A stretch of DNA of 63,376 bases, counting the filler, from Stramenopiles sp. TOSAG23-2 (Eukaryota): assembly GCA_900128395.1 (NCBI GenBank). It is 13 parts of 13 records of this genome, joined end to end, with 100 filler letters (N's around TTAATTAATTAA, not from the genome) between each part and the next. Parts side by side here need not be neighbours in the genome. Positions count along the whole stretch, not along the records: positions 44,202 to 49,612 come from LT650675.1; positions 49,713 to 55,114 come from LT650676.1; positions 55,215 to 60,613 come from LT650677.1; 10 more parts are not named here. The stretch is one strand, 5' to 3'. Within the stretch, counting starts at the first letter, position 1, and every line of letters begins with the position of its first letter. The translations under genes were made by a program, and so were the position numbers. The notes below the pieces were generated by a model that ran no database searches, was not told the DNA's origin, and saw only the letters and a program-made list of their open reading frames with translations. This document shows, piece by piece, positions 44,543-55,798 of this stretch.

Positions 44543-46675
44543 TCACCAAACAGAACCACCGAGAACATCAGTCGCTAATAAATCATCTTTTAAAAATGAT
44601 CGCAAAGGTACATCGTCACCTCCTTGCATATCGTCCACTTGAGAGACACTATTAATTGATCCATTAAAATCTTTTGCAACAAAAAATAGAAATACAGCAA
44701 TTGTATCAAAAACATTTTCATGTCGTGGACGTATTGCAATTTGCTTTCCATTCCTAATAACGGCATAATATGGAGGTTCATGACTTATTAAACGTATGTA
44801 CAAGTCATGGTATCCACGTCCATCATCCATACTATCATCCTGATCCATATAACGAGAATCGCTAAATGACCTTGGCATTTCTCTATGATAATCCATCATA
44901 TCGTTGGTTATACCAGTGGTAGTAGCATTATTATTCTGATTTTGAGCAGGGCGAGAATAACATTTTTTTACTAAGACTGGAAGATTCTCTTTCAAACCTA
45001 AACTATTCATATATTCGCAAAACAAATGCATGACAATATGGGCATCGCATGGCATTGGCGGTGATCTATGTGTCGACCATAATTTATTTTTCCATTTACT
45101 ACCGCCATCCCAAATCATATCTCCAAAATGACCATCTGCACATAGCTCCCGTATTCGATGCAAAACATAGCCACATGAGCTTTCATTTGTATTTCCATTT
45201 ACTTGCAAAAACGATTGCAATAATTTCCTGATCCATAAAAATGGCCTTTGATTTACCACAGCACCACTATTACGTTCATAAAATTTTGCCATCATTTTCT
45301 CAAATGTCATTTTATCTGAATTTCTTGCCTGTGTCCTGAATCTAGATGCACCTCCATCATTAGCCGTGTAGTTACGCTGTACTTTTTTTCGATGTTCAAG
45401 CAAATCAAGATCATAATTATATAAACGATTTAAATGAAATTTGTTTTCATCAAATGGTTCTAGGAAATATTTCATAACAATTCTAGGCAACCATTTTTTA
45501 ATGTTTTCACCCCATAGATCAATTTTGTTGTCGATTCCTAAACGTTTGTATTCTTCCTCTGCTAATGCATATGTCTCGTTAAAAAGCAAAAAATTAGAAC
45601 CACTTGCTCCACTTTTTGCTAATTGTCCTACTTTTTCAGATATTTCATATGGACGAAATTGTTGCATCGTTGGCCTGTTTATACCAGCGTAATTGCCAAC
45701 AAATCGACGTGTATTGCTCAGCCCATTACCATATCCTCCTCCTATTCCACCGTTTTTCTGACGTTCGGCAATATTCGATCGCCGCATTGCATTTTCAAAT
45801 TTTCGCAATGTCTTCATATCACGTATATCTAATTTTGGATCAATCATATCAAAATCTAATTTTCCATTTAAATTTTCCATATCAAATTGTTCCTCCCCAT
45901 TTCTATAATAATCACCACGTTCCAACATGCGACGTTGAGCCACTCGTTTACCAAGGACTACATCAGCAGACCACGAGCCATTAGCAAAACGATCGTTGTC
46001 CATATTGCCTTGATTTCTAACACTGCCCCCTTGTGAAGCATTGCTATTCATTCTCATTCTACTATTGTTGTAACTGTTTGAACGCATATTATTCGGTGTA
46101 CGACTGTTCATATTCATTTGCATCATATTATTATTATTATTGTTATTATTACGTGCAAATCGTTGTTGTGCAGCTAAATTTCGTTTATTCTTAATTTTGC
46201 TATTGTTTTTGCTACCGCTCCCAAAAATTCCTACACCTTCATATCGATTTAAACCAGTTAATTTTTCACTCTTTTGATCACGTAAAAATAGCTTTACATT
46301 TTCATCATATGTTTTGTAGCCTTGTATACATGACCAACATGATAATAACAAAGTAATAACAAATATATAAAACGATGTATCTGCAATATTATTCTGATCA
46401 TTTTGTTCAAGATTAATAATACGACTCAAAAATGTAGGCGAAGCAATTGTCCCGATACCAGAAACAAACGACGTTATGCCAAAAATTACACCCCAACGTA
46501 AATTGCTATTTCGTTTTCTTTGAACACTAAAACTTTCTTGAATTTTATTTTCAAACTGTTCATCCCATTTTGGTTGTTTTGTTTTTCTACGCCTAATTTT
46601 TGATTTTGAACGAATATTATTTGGCGTACGACTACTGTTATTCATCTTGTCTTTATTACTTTTTACTAGTGACAC
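44543..46675 (-). CDS. TMEM209: TMEM209-family nuclear envelope membrane protein
   Basis: Two N-terminal TM segments; YVLHRIREL..WDGG..W..PCDAHIVMHLFCEYM; first ATG at 46645. Confidence 0.8.
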   Translation of the reverse strand: MSLVKSNKDKMNNSSRTPNNIRSKSKIRRRKTKQPKWDEQFENKIQESFSVQRKRNSNLRWGVIFGITSFVSGIGTIASPTFLSRIINLEQNDQNNIADTSFYIFVITLLLSCWSCIQGYKTYDENVKLFLRDQKSEKLTGLNRYEGVGIFGSGSKNNSKIKNKRNLAAQQRFARNNNNNNNNMMQMNMNSRTPNNMRSNSYNNSRMRMNSNASQGGSVRNQGNMDNDRFANGSWSADVVLGKRVAQRRMLERGDYYRNGEEQFDMENLNGKLDFDMIDPKLDIRDMKTLRKFENAMRRSNIAERQKNGGIGGGYGNGLSNTRRFVGNYAGINRPTMQQFRPYEISEKVGQLAKSGASGSNFLLFNETYALAEEEYKRLGIDNKIDLWGENIKKWLPRIVMKYFLEPFDENKFHLNRLYNYDLDLLEHRKKVQRNYTANDGGASRFRTQARNSDKMTFEKMMAKFYERNSGAVVNQRPFLWIRKLLQSFLQVNGNTNESSCGYVLHRIRELCADGHFGDMIWDGGSKWKNKLWSTHRSPPMPCDAHIVMHLFCEYMNSLGLKENLPVLVKKCYSRPAQNQNNNATTTGITNDMMDYHREMPRSFSDSRYMDQDDSMDDGRGYHDLYIRLISHEPPYYAVIRNGKQIAIRPRHENVFDTIAVFLFFVAKDFNGSINSVSQVDDMQGGDDVPLRSFLKDDLLATDVLGGSVW

Positions 46676-46966
46676 TCTACTTTTCGTTATGTATATATCA
46701 ATAAATAAATGTCTGTATCTATAATTTTTCTTTTATTTGTGATGATATATATTTACATATCACTATATGTTGTTGTACTTCTTCGTTATAAATATTCTAT
46801 ATCTATACAAAAAAATTCAAAATTCAAAATTCATTTTTTTTTTTTTATTAATTTTTGGATGGATGATTATGAGAGAGGGACGGGTGAAATATTAACTATG
46901 GAATATAGTATACTAAATATGAAAAGACCTATATAAGAATTTAATATTTACAAAACAACCGCGCAG

Positions 46967-47157
46967 ACACCTTTTTTAATCAACGATTTCACCACCACGT
47001 TCCCATGTATTCATCATCTTTCTTTTCTGTACAATATACAAATCAAACCATTCGCTTATGCAAAATATAAACATGACGATAATCGTGATATAAATTTTAA
47101 CTTGGAACATCAACACAGCGCCATAGAGATCATATAAATAACCACCAAGTAAATTAC
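46967..47157 (-). repeat. Diverged 191-bp copy of the MFS gene 3' end
   Basis: Matches 48888-49182 (after removing its internal 104-bp duplication) with a few substitutions. Confidence 0.9.
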
Positions 47158-47191
47158 GACATAAAGACTTAGGTTCAGAAATAAATCAATA

Positions 47192-48481
47192 ATGATGATA
47201 CGAAACAACAACAACATTCTTTCGATACTAATAATTATTATTACATTAAACATAATACCAGCTTCAACTACAGATCAATCTATTGATGATATGCCTTTAC
47301 CTTACGGTCCATATCAACCAGCCAGCAATATCTTTGGATTGAATATACATAATCATCAGCCATCTGACGTTCAATTCCAAGAAATGATTGAAGCTGGAAT
47401 TCATTGGTATCGATGTGATGCACCTTCATGGGAGGAAATTGAATATTCAAAAGGAAAATATAATTTTTCATTATTTGATACGTACATTCCACGATTTATG
47501 AATCATAATTTACGGGTCATCACTGGGCCAGCTCATACACCTCCATCATTTTATGATGGTAACATGACGAATGAAGCAACTCAAATAGCATTTTCCAAAA
47601 TGTATGGTGCATTGGCGCAATATTATAAAGAATATCCAATACACTGGGAGTATACAAATGAACCTAATTTGAATTTATTCCAAGCAAATACAAATGCATT
47701 TGTTCAGTTTTCGAAATATGTTTGCAATGCTATACATAAAGGAAGTGGCAATAATGGTTATTGTGTAGGGCCGTCTTCTGCGTTTATATCACGTAAATAT
47801 AAGGATTTTGCCTGGTTGCAAGAAGCATTTGAATTGGGATTATTAGATGTACTTGATGCATTTTTAATTCATCCATATAGAGCTAATGGACCAGAAACGG
47901 TGATTCCAGATTTCAAATTATTACGAGATTTAATTGATATGTATACACCTATTGGAAAAACGATTCCAATATATAATGGAGAATGGGGCTATGCATCAGG
48001 TAGTGGTGCATGGCAATTTGTAACAGAGGAAGATCAAGGAAAAATTGTACCAAGAATGTTTTTATTATCATATTTAGTAACAGATGGTATAAGTATATAT
48101 TATGAATGGCACGATGGAGGTACAACAGAATTAATGGGATTGATGGATGCAAATATAAAACCAAAACCTGCTTATAATGCAACAAAAGTTTTATCAAATC
48201 TATTAATTGATCATACATTTATAAGACGGATATCTACATTTCAAGATGGATATAATACGGAAGATGAATTTATCTTGTTGTTTCAAAATGTGAAAACAAA
48301 TAAAAATTTAATTGCAGCATGGACTACTACAAGTTACAAACATATTACTAGATTACCAAGTGGTAGAGGATGTTTCGATGTATATAATCATTTAGGAGGT
48401 AAATTAAATCATATCTGTGAAGATCCACGAGGATTACATTTAAACATTTCCGATGCACCATTGTATTTAGTGGAACAGTAA
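47192..48481 (+). CDS. Secreted clan GH-A glycoside hydrolase (GH5/GH39-like)
   Basis: Signal peptide; WEYTNEPN acid/base, HPY, NGEWGY nucleophile, KPKPAY. Confidence 0.88.
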   Translation: MMIRNNNNILSILIIIITLNIIPASTTDQSIDDMPLPYGPYQPASNIFGLNIHNHQPSDVQFQEMIEAGIHWYRCDAPSWEEIEYSKGKYNFSLFDTYIPRFMNHNLRVITGPAHTPPSFYDGNMTNEATQIAFSKMYGALAQYYKEYPIHWEYTNEPNLNLFQANTNAFVQFSKYVCNAIHKGSGNNGYCVGPSSAFISRKYKDFAWLQEAFELGLLDVLDAFLIHPYRANGPETVIPDFKLLRDLIDMYTPIGKTIPIYNGEWGYASGSGAWQFVTEEDQGKIVPRMFLLSYLVTDGISIYYEWHDGGTTELMGLMDANIKPKPAYNATKVLSNLLIDHTFIRRISTFQDGYNTEDEFILLFQNVKTNKNLIAAWTTTSYKHITRLPSGRGCFDVYNHLGGKLNHICEDPRGLHLNISDAPLYLVEQ

Positions 48482-48590
48482 AATAAAGAAGGGGGAAAGT
48501 GTTTATGCAAAAAAAAGAGAGAGAGGAGAAAGCTGGGTAAGCGTGTTTGATTGTCTCAATCAAGATCTAATACGTCGTATATCATATACT

Positions 48591-48885
48591 TCACATAAAT
48601 GAGTAATATATATTTTTACACACTAGAGATATAATTACTCTCTGTTTTTTATTTTCTCTCTCCACTACACCTGCCTTCGCACCTGGTTCAATTCCACCAA
48701 ATCCCATACCTGCTACTCCCCATTTTCGTGCTTGTGGCCATTGATATATACCATTTGGACAATGTGGCATTAATACTTGTGTTGATCTCATTTGCAAACC
48801 ACGTTGTGGTGGTGGTACATTGGCTAAACCTTTCATTTGTTTATCATGTGCACGTGTACGTCTAATCCAATTTTTTCTCCGCCGG
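48591..48885 (-). pseudogene. 5'-truncated gene fragment abutting the MFS stop codon
   Basis: Open frame RRRKNWIRRTRAHDKQMKG.. begins at the repeat junction. Confidence 0.4.
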
Positions 48886-48897
48886 ACACACCTTTTT

Positions 48898-49612
48898 TAA
48901 TCAATGATTTCACCACCACGTTCCCATGTATTCATCATCTTTCTTTTCTGTACAATTAGTAAATCAAACCATTCGCTTATGCAAAATATAAACATGACGA
49001 TAATCGTGAGATTTCACCACCACGTTCCCATGTATTCATCATCTTTCTTTTCTGTACAATATACAAATCAAACCATTCGCTTATGCAAAATATAAACATG
49101 ACGATAATCGTGATATAAATTTTAACTTGGAACATCAACACAGCGCCATAGAGATCATATAAATAACCACCAAGTAAATTACCAATGACGCCACCAATTC
49201 CAGTAAATGCAAAACTAAAAATTGAACGTGCAAACACAGTTAATCCATTGTCTTTAGTTTTTTCATTTAAATAACCAATGGACCCAGCAAACATCACACT
49301 AAAATTTAAACCATGCAATGATTGTGCAATTAAAACAATCCAATAATTTCTATCATTAATCATAGAATAAATTCCAGATCGTATACAAAAGGTTAACATA
49401 GAAATTATAATCATCCATCTATTACCAAATTTCTTTCTAATGTATGGAGTTATGTAAAAGAAAACGAAATTTGTTAATGATCCAAAACCGGCTGTTAAAC
49501 CGATTAAAAAATAGGATGCATTCAATTGTTTCAAACGCAATAATATATATATATCATATGTCGCATTTCCCATACCATTTGCAACAGAAACTAACAAAAA
49601 CACAAGCATAGT
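48898..49612 (-). CDS. MFS transporter (MFSD6/MFS_1-like) C-terminal half; 5'-partial
   Basis: QSLHGLNFS, GIGGVIGNLLGGYLYD. The true end is GGEIID* after collapsing the 104-bp duplication (48906-49113). Confidence 0.88.
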
Positions 49613-49712
49613 NNNNNNNNNNNNNNNNNNNNNNNNNNNNNNNNNNNNNNNNNNNNTTAATTAATTAANNNNNNNNNNNNNNNNNNNNNNNNNNNNNNNN
49701 NNNNNNNNNNNN

Positions 49713-50566
49713 TCAAAACGTCCTTTTTCACATGCACATACTAATGGCGTACCGCGTGGAAATTCTTCTTTGTATTTCTGCTTCAACTTATCCACAAATT
49801 GTATTTTATATGGATATTGTACATTTGTACATAGTTGATACAACGTAAAATCATTTCGACTTTTACAAAATAATTGAATAAAGGATGAATAGATCAATGA
49901 AGTTAATGATTTCATATCCAACATTGTAAGTATAGTATAAACAACATGTTGTCCAGCACCACCACTCGGCAATATATCAATCATCGATCGATCAACAATA
50001 TTGATTTCATCATTGTTATTCTCGCCATCATCAGCATTATTATTATTGTCATTAATTGCACGTAATATATCTTTCTTAGTAATTTTACCTTTTTTACCAG
50101 TTGCTTGAATATTTGAAGCTATTAACACATCTTGATACATTCGTTCATATTGTAAATAAAATATATATGTATCTTTACGTGCAAATTGTTCTCGTATTAA
50201 ATAGTTTGATTCACGATTTTGAACTTCTTCTTCGTTCTCTTCTTTCATAATATTGACAGTATCTAGAACAAATTGTATACCATCATCTCCTAATGTTAAT
50301 AATATTTTATAATATTTATTAATTAATTTTGTTGCATTTGTTTGTGATATATTTAATTTATGTGAATATTGTTGAATCAATTTTGCTTTCTCTTCGTCTT
50401 CATCAATTGACAAATCAATCAATGTACCATCTTCCACAGCTTGTAAACGTCTTTCCTCAATCTCTTGACTATCTGTACGTACAAGAAGAAATTCTATATC
50501 ATTTGAAACATCTTCGCCACCTTTGCTCTCATCATCGTTATTATTATTATTTAGTAATGAAGCCAT
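49713..50566 (-). CDS. Ankyrin-family protein with E3-binding (PSBD)-like motif; 3'-partial
   Basis: IQATGKKGKITKKDI; YKEEFPRGTPLVCACEKGR parallels the 42296 protein. Confidence 0.75.
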
Positions 50567-50953
50567 AACATATATATAATACTGTACCTTGTCAATATGT
50601 TTTTTATATATATATATAGTATACAAACAAATGTAACTTTTAAATATATCAATATTATTCTTGTTTTTTTAGATTTAATTCTTTCTATGATTTAAAGCGT
50701 ATAGTAATGAAAATTAAAGACAATATTATACACTTTGTACATGTGTAAATGCATTCTTCTATGTTTTTCATTCATTTTTCATTCATTTTTCATTCATTTT
50801 TCAGGATTTTTCAGGATTTTTTTATGCTTAATTTTGCAAATTCTTCAGTGCTATTCAATGCTATTTTTATATTTGTCGTATTCTAATTATTAGTTTAAGT
50901 ATAATTTATGATATGTTGATAGGTCTTGATTTCCATTTTCACCTTTTTCACTT

Positions 50954-51011
50954 ATCTATACGACGCTACGCTCCTTGCTCCATTTTAAAAGGAGTGAAGC
51001 AGACAGTATAG
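50954..51011. repeat. Dispersed hairpin repeat, copy 2
   Basis: Matches 16453-16507. Confidence 0.8.
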
Positions 51012-51537
51012 AGGAGACACCATTAACCATTAGTGTGAAGGGACCGAGTATTTTTCACTCACAACTCACACAACACACAACTCACGTTCGAGTTCTGTGG
51101 ATAATCTGATAGGATGATTATAATCGATATACGGATTGTAGATCTGAGTATAGATTATATGCCATACAATACAATTCCTGTGTCCTCCAACTGCCAAATG
51201 GACATTTTTCCTATGGTATCCTTTGCCAGACTGTGTATATCAGCTTTTTTCTGCAACAGTGTTTTTTATTTAGTCATTAGCATGGACATAATGGAGAATT
51301 CTCCCTGGCCACCTGGCCTGTTACTGTAGTGCTGTATATAGCACTGTAGTACACCGAAAATAAACAAAAACGACACACGAAAGAGCGAGAAGCGAGACGC
51401 CATACTGTACCTGGTATAAACCCCTTTACATACCCTTACCCTTGTCCAACACAAACATATAAACTAAGGAATAAAAAACATTCAGATTTTTGTGGATTAA
51501 AGACAATCAATTATATACATATATATTTATTTTCACA

Positions 51538-52404
51538 ATGAAGCAAGTTTGTATTGCATTGACAATATGTTTGATATTTATATCTGCCGTAAGTGCGACT
51601 AAAGAACATGAAGCTGCTGCTGCTTCAGCCAAGCAAGCAATTAAAAGTTTTGGTGGTTGGAAAGGCAGTGGAAGAGGATTGGCACCTGTTAAAGATGCCA
51701 CGTACTGGACTGTTGAATTTTTCTCAGACTCTGCGTGTACAACATCTTTGACCAACGATATGATAGGAGAGTATACTGTCCTTGGGTGCTTCTCAGACGG
51801 TACGAGGTCAATGAAAGTAACTAAAGATCCTGGAAGAGGATTGAATATAACGAGATGGATGACCAGCGGTACTTGTTCAGGAACGCCTGAAGCTGCCCGT
51901 AACAACGTACGTGAAAGAGATCTATTGATGTATTATCATTATACGGTCTGCACTGAAATTCCTACTAACCAGCTTCCCAATGGGGTGGGTGGGCCAGTTT
52001 ATGCGATATCAAGCATAAAGACAGCACCGTATAAAAAGGGAGGTAAACTTGTAATCAGAGATTATTTAGTAGGTATATCTAATACTAAGTGCAACAAAAA
52101 CTTGGTTTTGCAAGCTCAGGTATTTGACGCGACTGGAGAATGTAGTACTTTCAGCAGGAAAATCATTGTTGAAGACAATGAATTCAGACAAAGAGTAATA
52201 GTGGAAGATTACACAGGAGCACAATGCACAGGTACACAATCAAAGGCAATTAAGGTCACTAAAAAATGCGAAATTGGAGACTGGGGTTGGGATTTCTATG
52301 TTACTGCACCAGACCCATTAGACACAGGTGGTGCTGGCTGTTTAGATTATCTTACAACGCTTTTAGTTTCATTGGCATTCCTTTTTGGAGTAATAATGGT
52401 GTAA
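51538..52404 (+). CDS. Secreted Cys-rich protein with hydrophobic C-terminus (GPI- or TM-anchored)
   Basis: Signal peptide MKQVCIAL..; repeated F/YxxxxCTG motifs; C-terminal hydrophobic tail. Confidence 0.8.
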   Translation: MKQVCIALTICLIFISAVSATKEHEAAAASAKQAIKSFGGWKGSGRGLAPVKDATYWTVEFFSDSACTTSLTNDMIGEYTVLGCFSDGTRSMKVTKDPGRGLNITRWMTSGTCSGTPEAARNNVRERDLLMYYHYTVCTEIPTNQLPNGVGGPVYAISSIKTAPYKKGGKLVIRDYLVGISNTKCNKNLVLQAQVFDATGECSTFSRKIIVEDNEFRQRVIVEDYTGAQCTGTQSKAIKVTKKCEIGDWGWDFYVTAPDPLDTGGAGCLDYLTTLLVSLAFLFGVIMV

Positions 52405-52957
52405 TAACTTTCGGCTTGCCTATATTGGCTGAAATGCTGGATTTATGTATTTAGAAATAAATATCTTTGTGTATATTTGATTGTAAATTAATGACGCGCA
52501 ATTAGATTTGTTTTTTTGAGTCATTGCTTGAAAGTACACATCATACCACATCATATATATATTATATGTACCACACAGACAGAGGAAGAATCTTTGAATA
52601 TTAAATAATTTACTAAACTTTATAAAATCATTTAATGGTTTGAGATGTTAATGAACGGGAGTAAAAGAAATTTATATAATATATGAGTAAGAGAACATTT
52701 TATATATTATGTATGTTATCTACATATGGTATATCATATCATGATGAAAAATGATGACGCAAATTCTTCTTGTTTTTTCGGTGTTGTTAGTTGATACAGA
52801 AACTTAGTCTCTCCTCCCTACAAGATAAACTAGCCTAAAAAGGAAAAATGCAAAAAGTGGTAAAACAACAACAAAATATTACGAACTTCGTATAACAAAC
52901 GAAAATCATTTTTACGAAATCTCTTTTCACACACACACTTTCTAATATTCACCATTT

Positions 52958-54658
52958 TCACCCCAACAACAACATTTTAATTTCATTCCATATACGATCA
53001 TTACATAATTTTGAAAATTTACCACTACTTGTACCTGGTATGTAATTATCATAATATTTTCCACAATAATATACATCACCATGTAAAACATTTACTGAAC
53101 CAGTTGGACAAGTACCTAATCTAACATGTTGATGTGTCTCTACCGATACTTTCGTAAATTCATCATCACGTTGACTATAAATAGCCACACGTCCAACGAT
53201 ATTTCGAATCAGATTCATTTTTTGATTATAATGTTCTAAATCAATATCCGGTAGTAAAAATACAAGATTTCCTAAATATAATTTAGCACGTTGAGTATCA
53301 CCCATTGCAACAATTAATAATGCATCTAATAAACAACTTGCACCGAGTGAATGACAACATAATTGTATTTTACAATCTCCATTAATCATTGGCATATATG
53401 CTTGTTTTGCCATTTCAATTGTTGTCATTAAATTAGAAATATAACTTGCCAATTGCATACTAGAACTATGTGCTGCACATACATCTGCATTGTATTTTGT
53501 TTTATCATTGTATGAAGGCCAAGAATATGTACAAACAGTACCTTTAAATTCAATATCATCAGCAAATGTTGATGCTGCCAATACACCATCCCAAAACGAG
53601 CTATTCGTACCAGGTACATATAATAATATCGAGGTATAATGTCGCAACGATGTTTTTATATCTGGCATTCCATTCATTTTAAAATTTATATATTCACCAA
53701 AATATAATTTTGCCGGTGTAGCTCTTATATCAACATTTAATTCCGTAATTTCTAAAATTCTATTTTCTTGCCAATTTGTTATTATATCAGTATGTTTACG
53801 TCCAGGAAAAATAATTTGTATTTTACCAAAATTTAAAAATCCATTTACAGATGATTTGGATACAATTCTTTTATTACTATAATATAAATGTTCTACATCT
53901 TCTTCTTCTTTTGATGATGGCGATCGATTTGTACAATAATAAATTTCTCGTAAATAACATTTTTGTTTATTTGTTTTTGTTGGAGGTTTTGTATATATTA
54001 TATTGGTAGATATATTTGGTGGTGCATACCATGGTACATCTGGATGAATTTTATAACCATTCCATCGTTTATATTTACGTATTTTTTGTACTGTAATTTT
54101 CTCATATGTTTCTATAAATTGTTTTAAATAATTAACAGTTGTCCACATACCTTGTTCTTTTGCTAATTTTACTGTTTTGTTGTTTTATGTTGGTGTTAGA
54201 AAAAAAAAAATTTGCAAAAAAAAAAAATGGAGGGTTGTTGGATTATATAATTTATACGTACATGGAGCTTTTTGTTCATCACTATTATATGCATCACTAC
54301 TATTTGTACTTCGTTTTGTTGTGACGTAAATAGAATTTGGATATGCTTCTAATAAAACTTTACATGCTTCTTGATTACCTGTATATGAGCTATAATGTAT
54401 AGGCAACCAACCATCACAATCCATTAATCGCACTGCTTGTGGTTGTTCTTGAATTAAACGTCTAATAACACTTTCATTTGCACCATTTCTAGCTGCGTAC
54501 ATTAATGGCATCCATCGATATACTCCACCTAATGTACATGGTGTGACGTTTAATAATTTATTAAGATCATCTAATGAGGTATGATGCCATGCATATGAAT
54601 TTTCATGTATAGAACGTATGGATGGTAATGTTCCACGTGAGTTTCCAATGGATTTCAT
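52958..54658 (-). CDS. Ankyrin + alpha/beta-hydrolase (DUF900-like) fusion; 1 intron
   Basis: Intron 54172-54261 (GTACGT..CTAAC..CAG) joins the two ORFs as KAPLKLAKEQG; LLYVPG, YSWPS and HSLG motifs. Confidence 0.8.
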
Positions 54659-55798
54659 TTTGTTTTTCTATAAGGTGTTGTATTGTTATTTACTTTGCTG
54701 AAAAATCGGGTTGATGGATGGGAGGTAGATACAAAATGTAAATGATATGAAATTTTGTCTATTTTTCTTTGCACACCGACCAACCAAAAAAAAAAATTGT
54801 GATGGGTAGTTCAATGAGATGGCATACAGAATGATGAAAATATATAGGCGTAATGATTTTGTGATTTGTACTTTTATATGTCTGCGCGTGCATTCATTGC
54901 AGTTGTATATGTGAAATAAATATACATACATATATATACCAAGTAAGTATATAACTGTAAAAAGAAAGGCACGAAAAAAAAAAAAAGCTGGTGTCATTCC
55001 CCTATCAAATGCATAATTTGTACTTCCTGTATATAGTAGGGGTGCAAAAAGGTGGTCCGCAGTATTCACCTGCTATATATACAATGGATATAGCATACAA
55101 GATAGACATACCATNNNNNNNNNNNNNNNNNNNNNNNNNNNNNNNNNNNNNNNNNNNNTTAATTAATTAANNNNNNNNNNNNNNNNNNNNNNNNNNNNNN
55201 NNNNNNNNNNNNNNAAACGTCCGCAAGGCAATGAAGGTATTTATGTAACGTATAGGTCAAATGATGATCCCCAGCAAAGGTCAGGTTATGTGGAAACGTG
55301 TGGAAATATCATTTCTAGTATGTGTGTCTATAAATTATCAAATTCAATTCTCTTTAGTTGTTTTTAATAATTTTAAAAGAAGTTCCCAACCTATTTTAAT
55401 CGTTCATTTCTTTCGATCTAGTTGGTTTGCAATGCTATGTCCATTGTAACAGCACTTTCCAACACTTTCTAACATAAATGACGAAAATTACAAAAATATT
55501 TACTATGGATAAGGATTAAGTATATATTTTAATAGGCACTAGACTACCGTCACGAGCATCCCGATCTTACTCTTTTCAAGAGGTGTGTGTCGCGTCTCTT
55601 TTATATGGCTCAGCCATATATGAAAAATGCATTTTACCTAATAATAAATTCTATCTCATACCAAAATTCATATAATATATAATATATCATTTACTTGTGT
55701 GACTTGTGGTACCAAACTCATTCATAATGTCTATATACATCATACTTTAGAATATATATATATATATATATACGAAACTTCGAGTATAAATATAACAT

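Noticed and set aside
52880..52895. Resemblance to a loxP half-site (AACTTCGTATA)
   Set aside because: No second arm at 8-bp spacing; explained by the genomic TACGAACTTCGTA palindrome.
55602..55620. 19-bp palindrome TATATGGCTCAGCCATATA
   Set aside because: Single occurrence, partly AT low-complexity, no supporting context.
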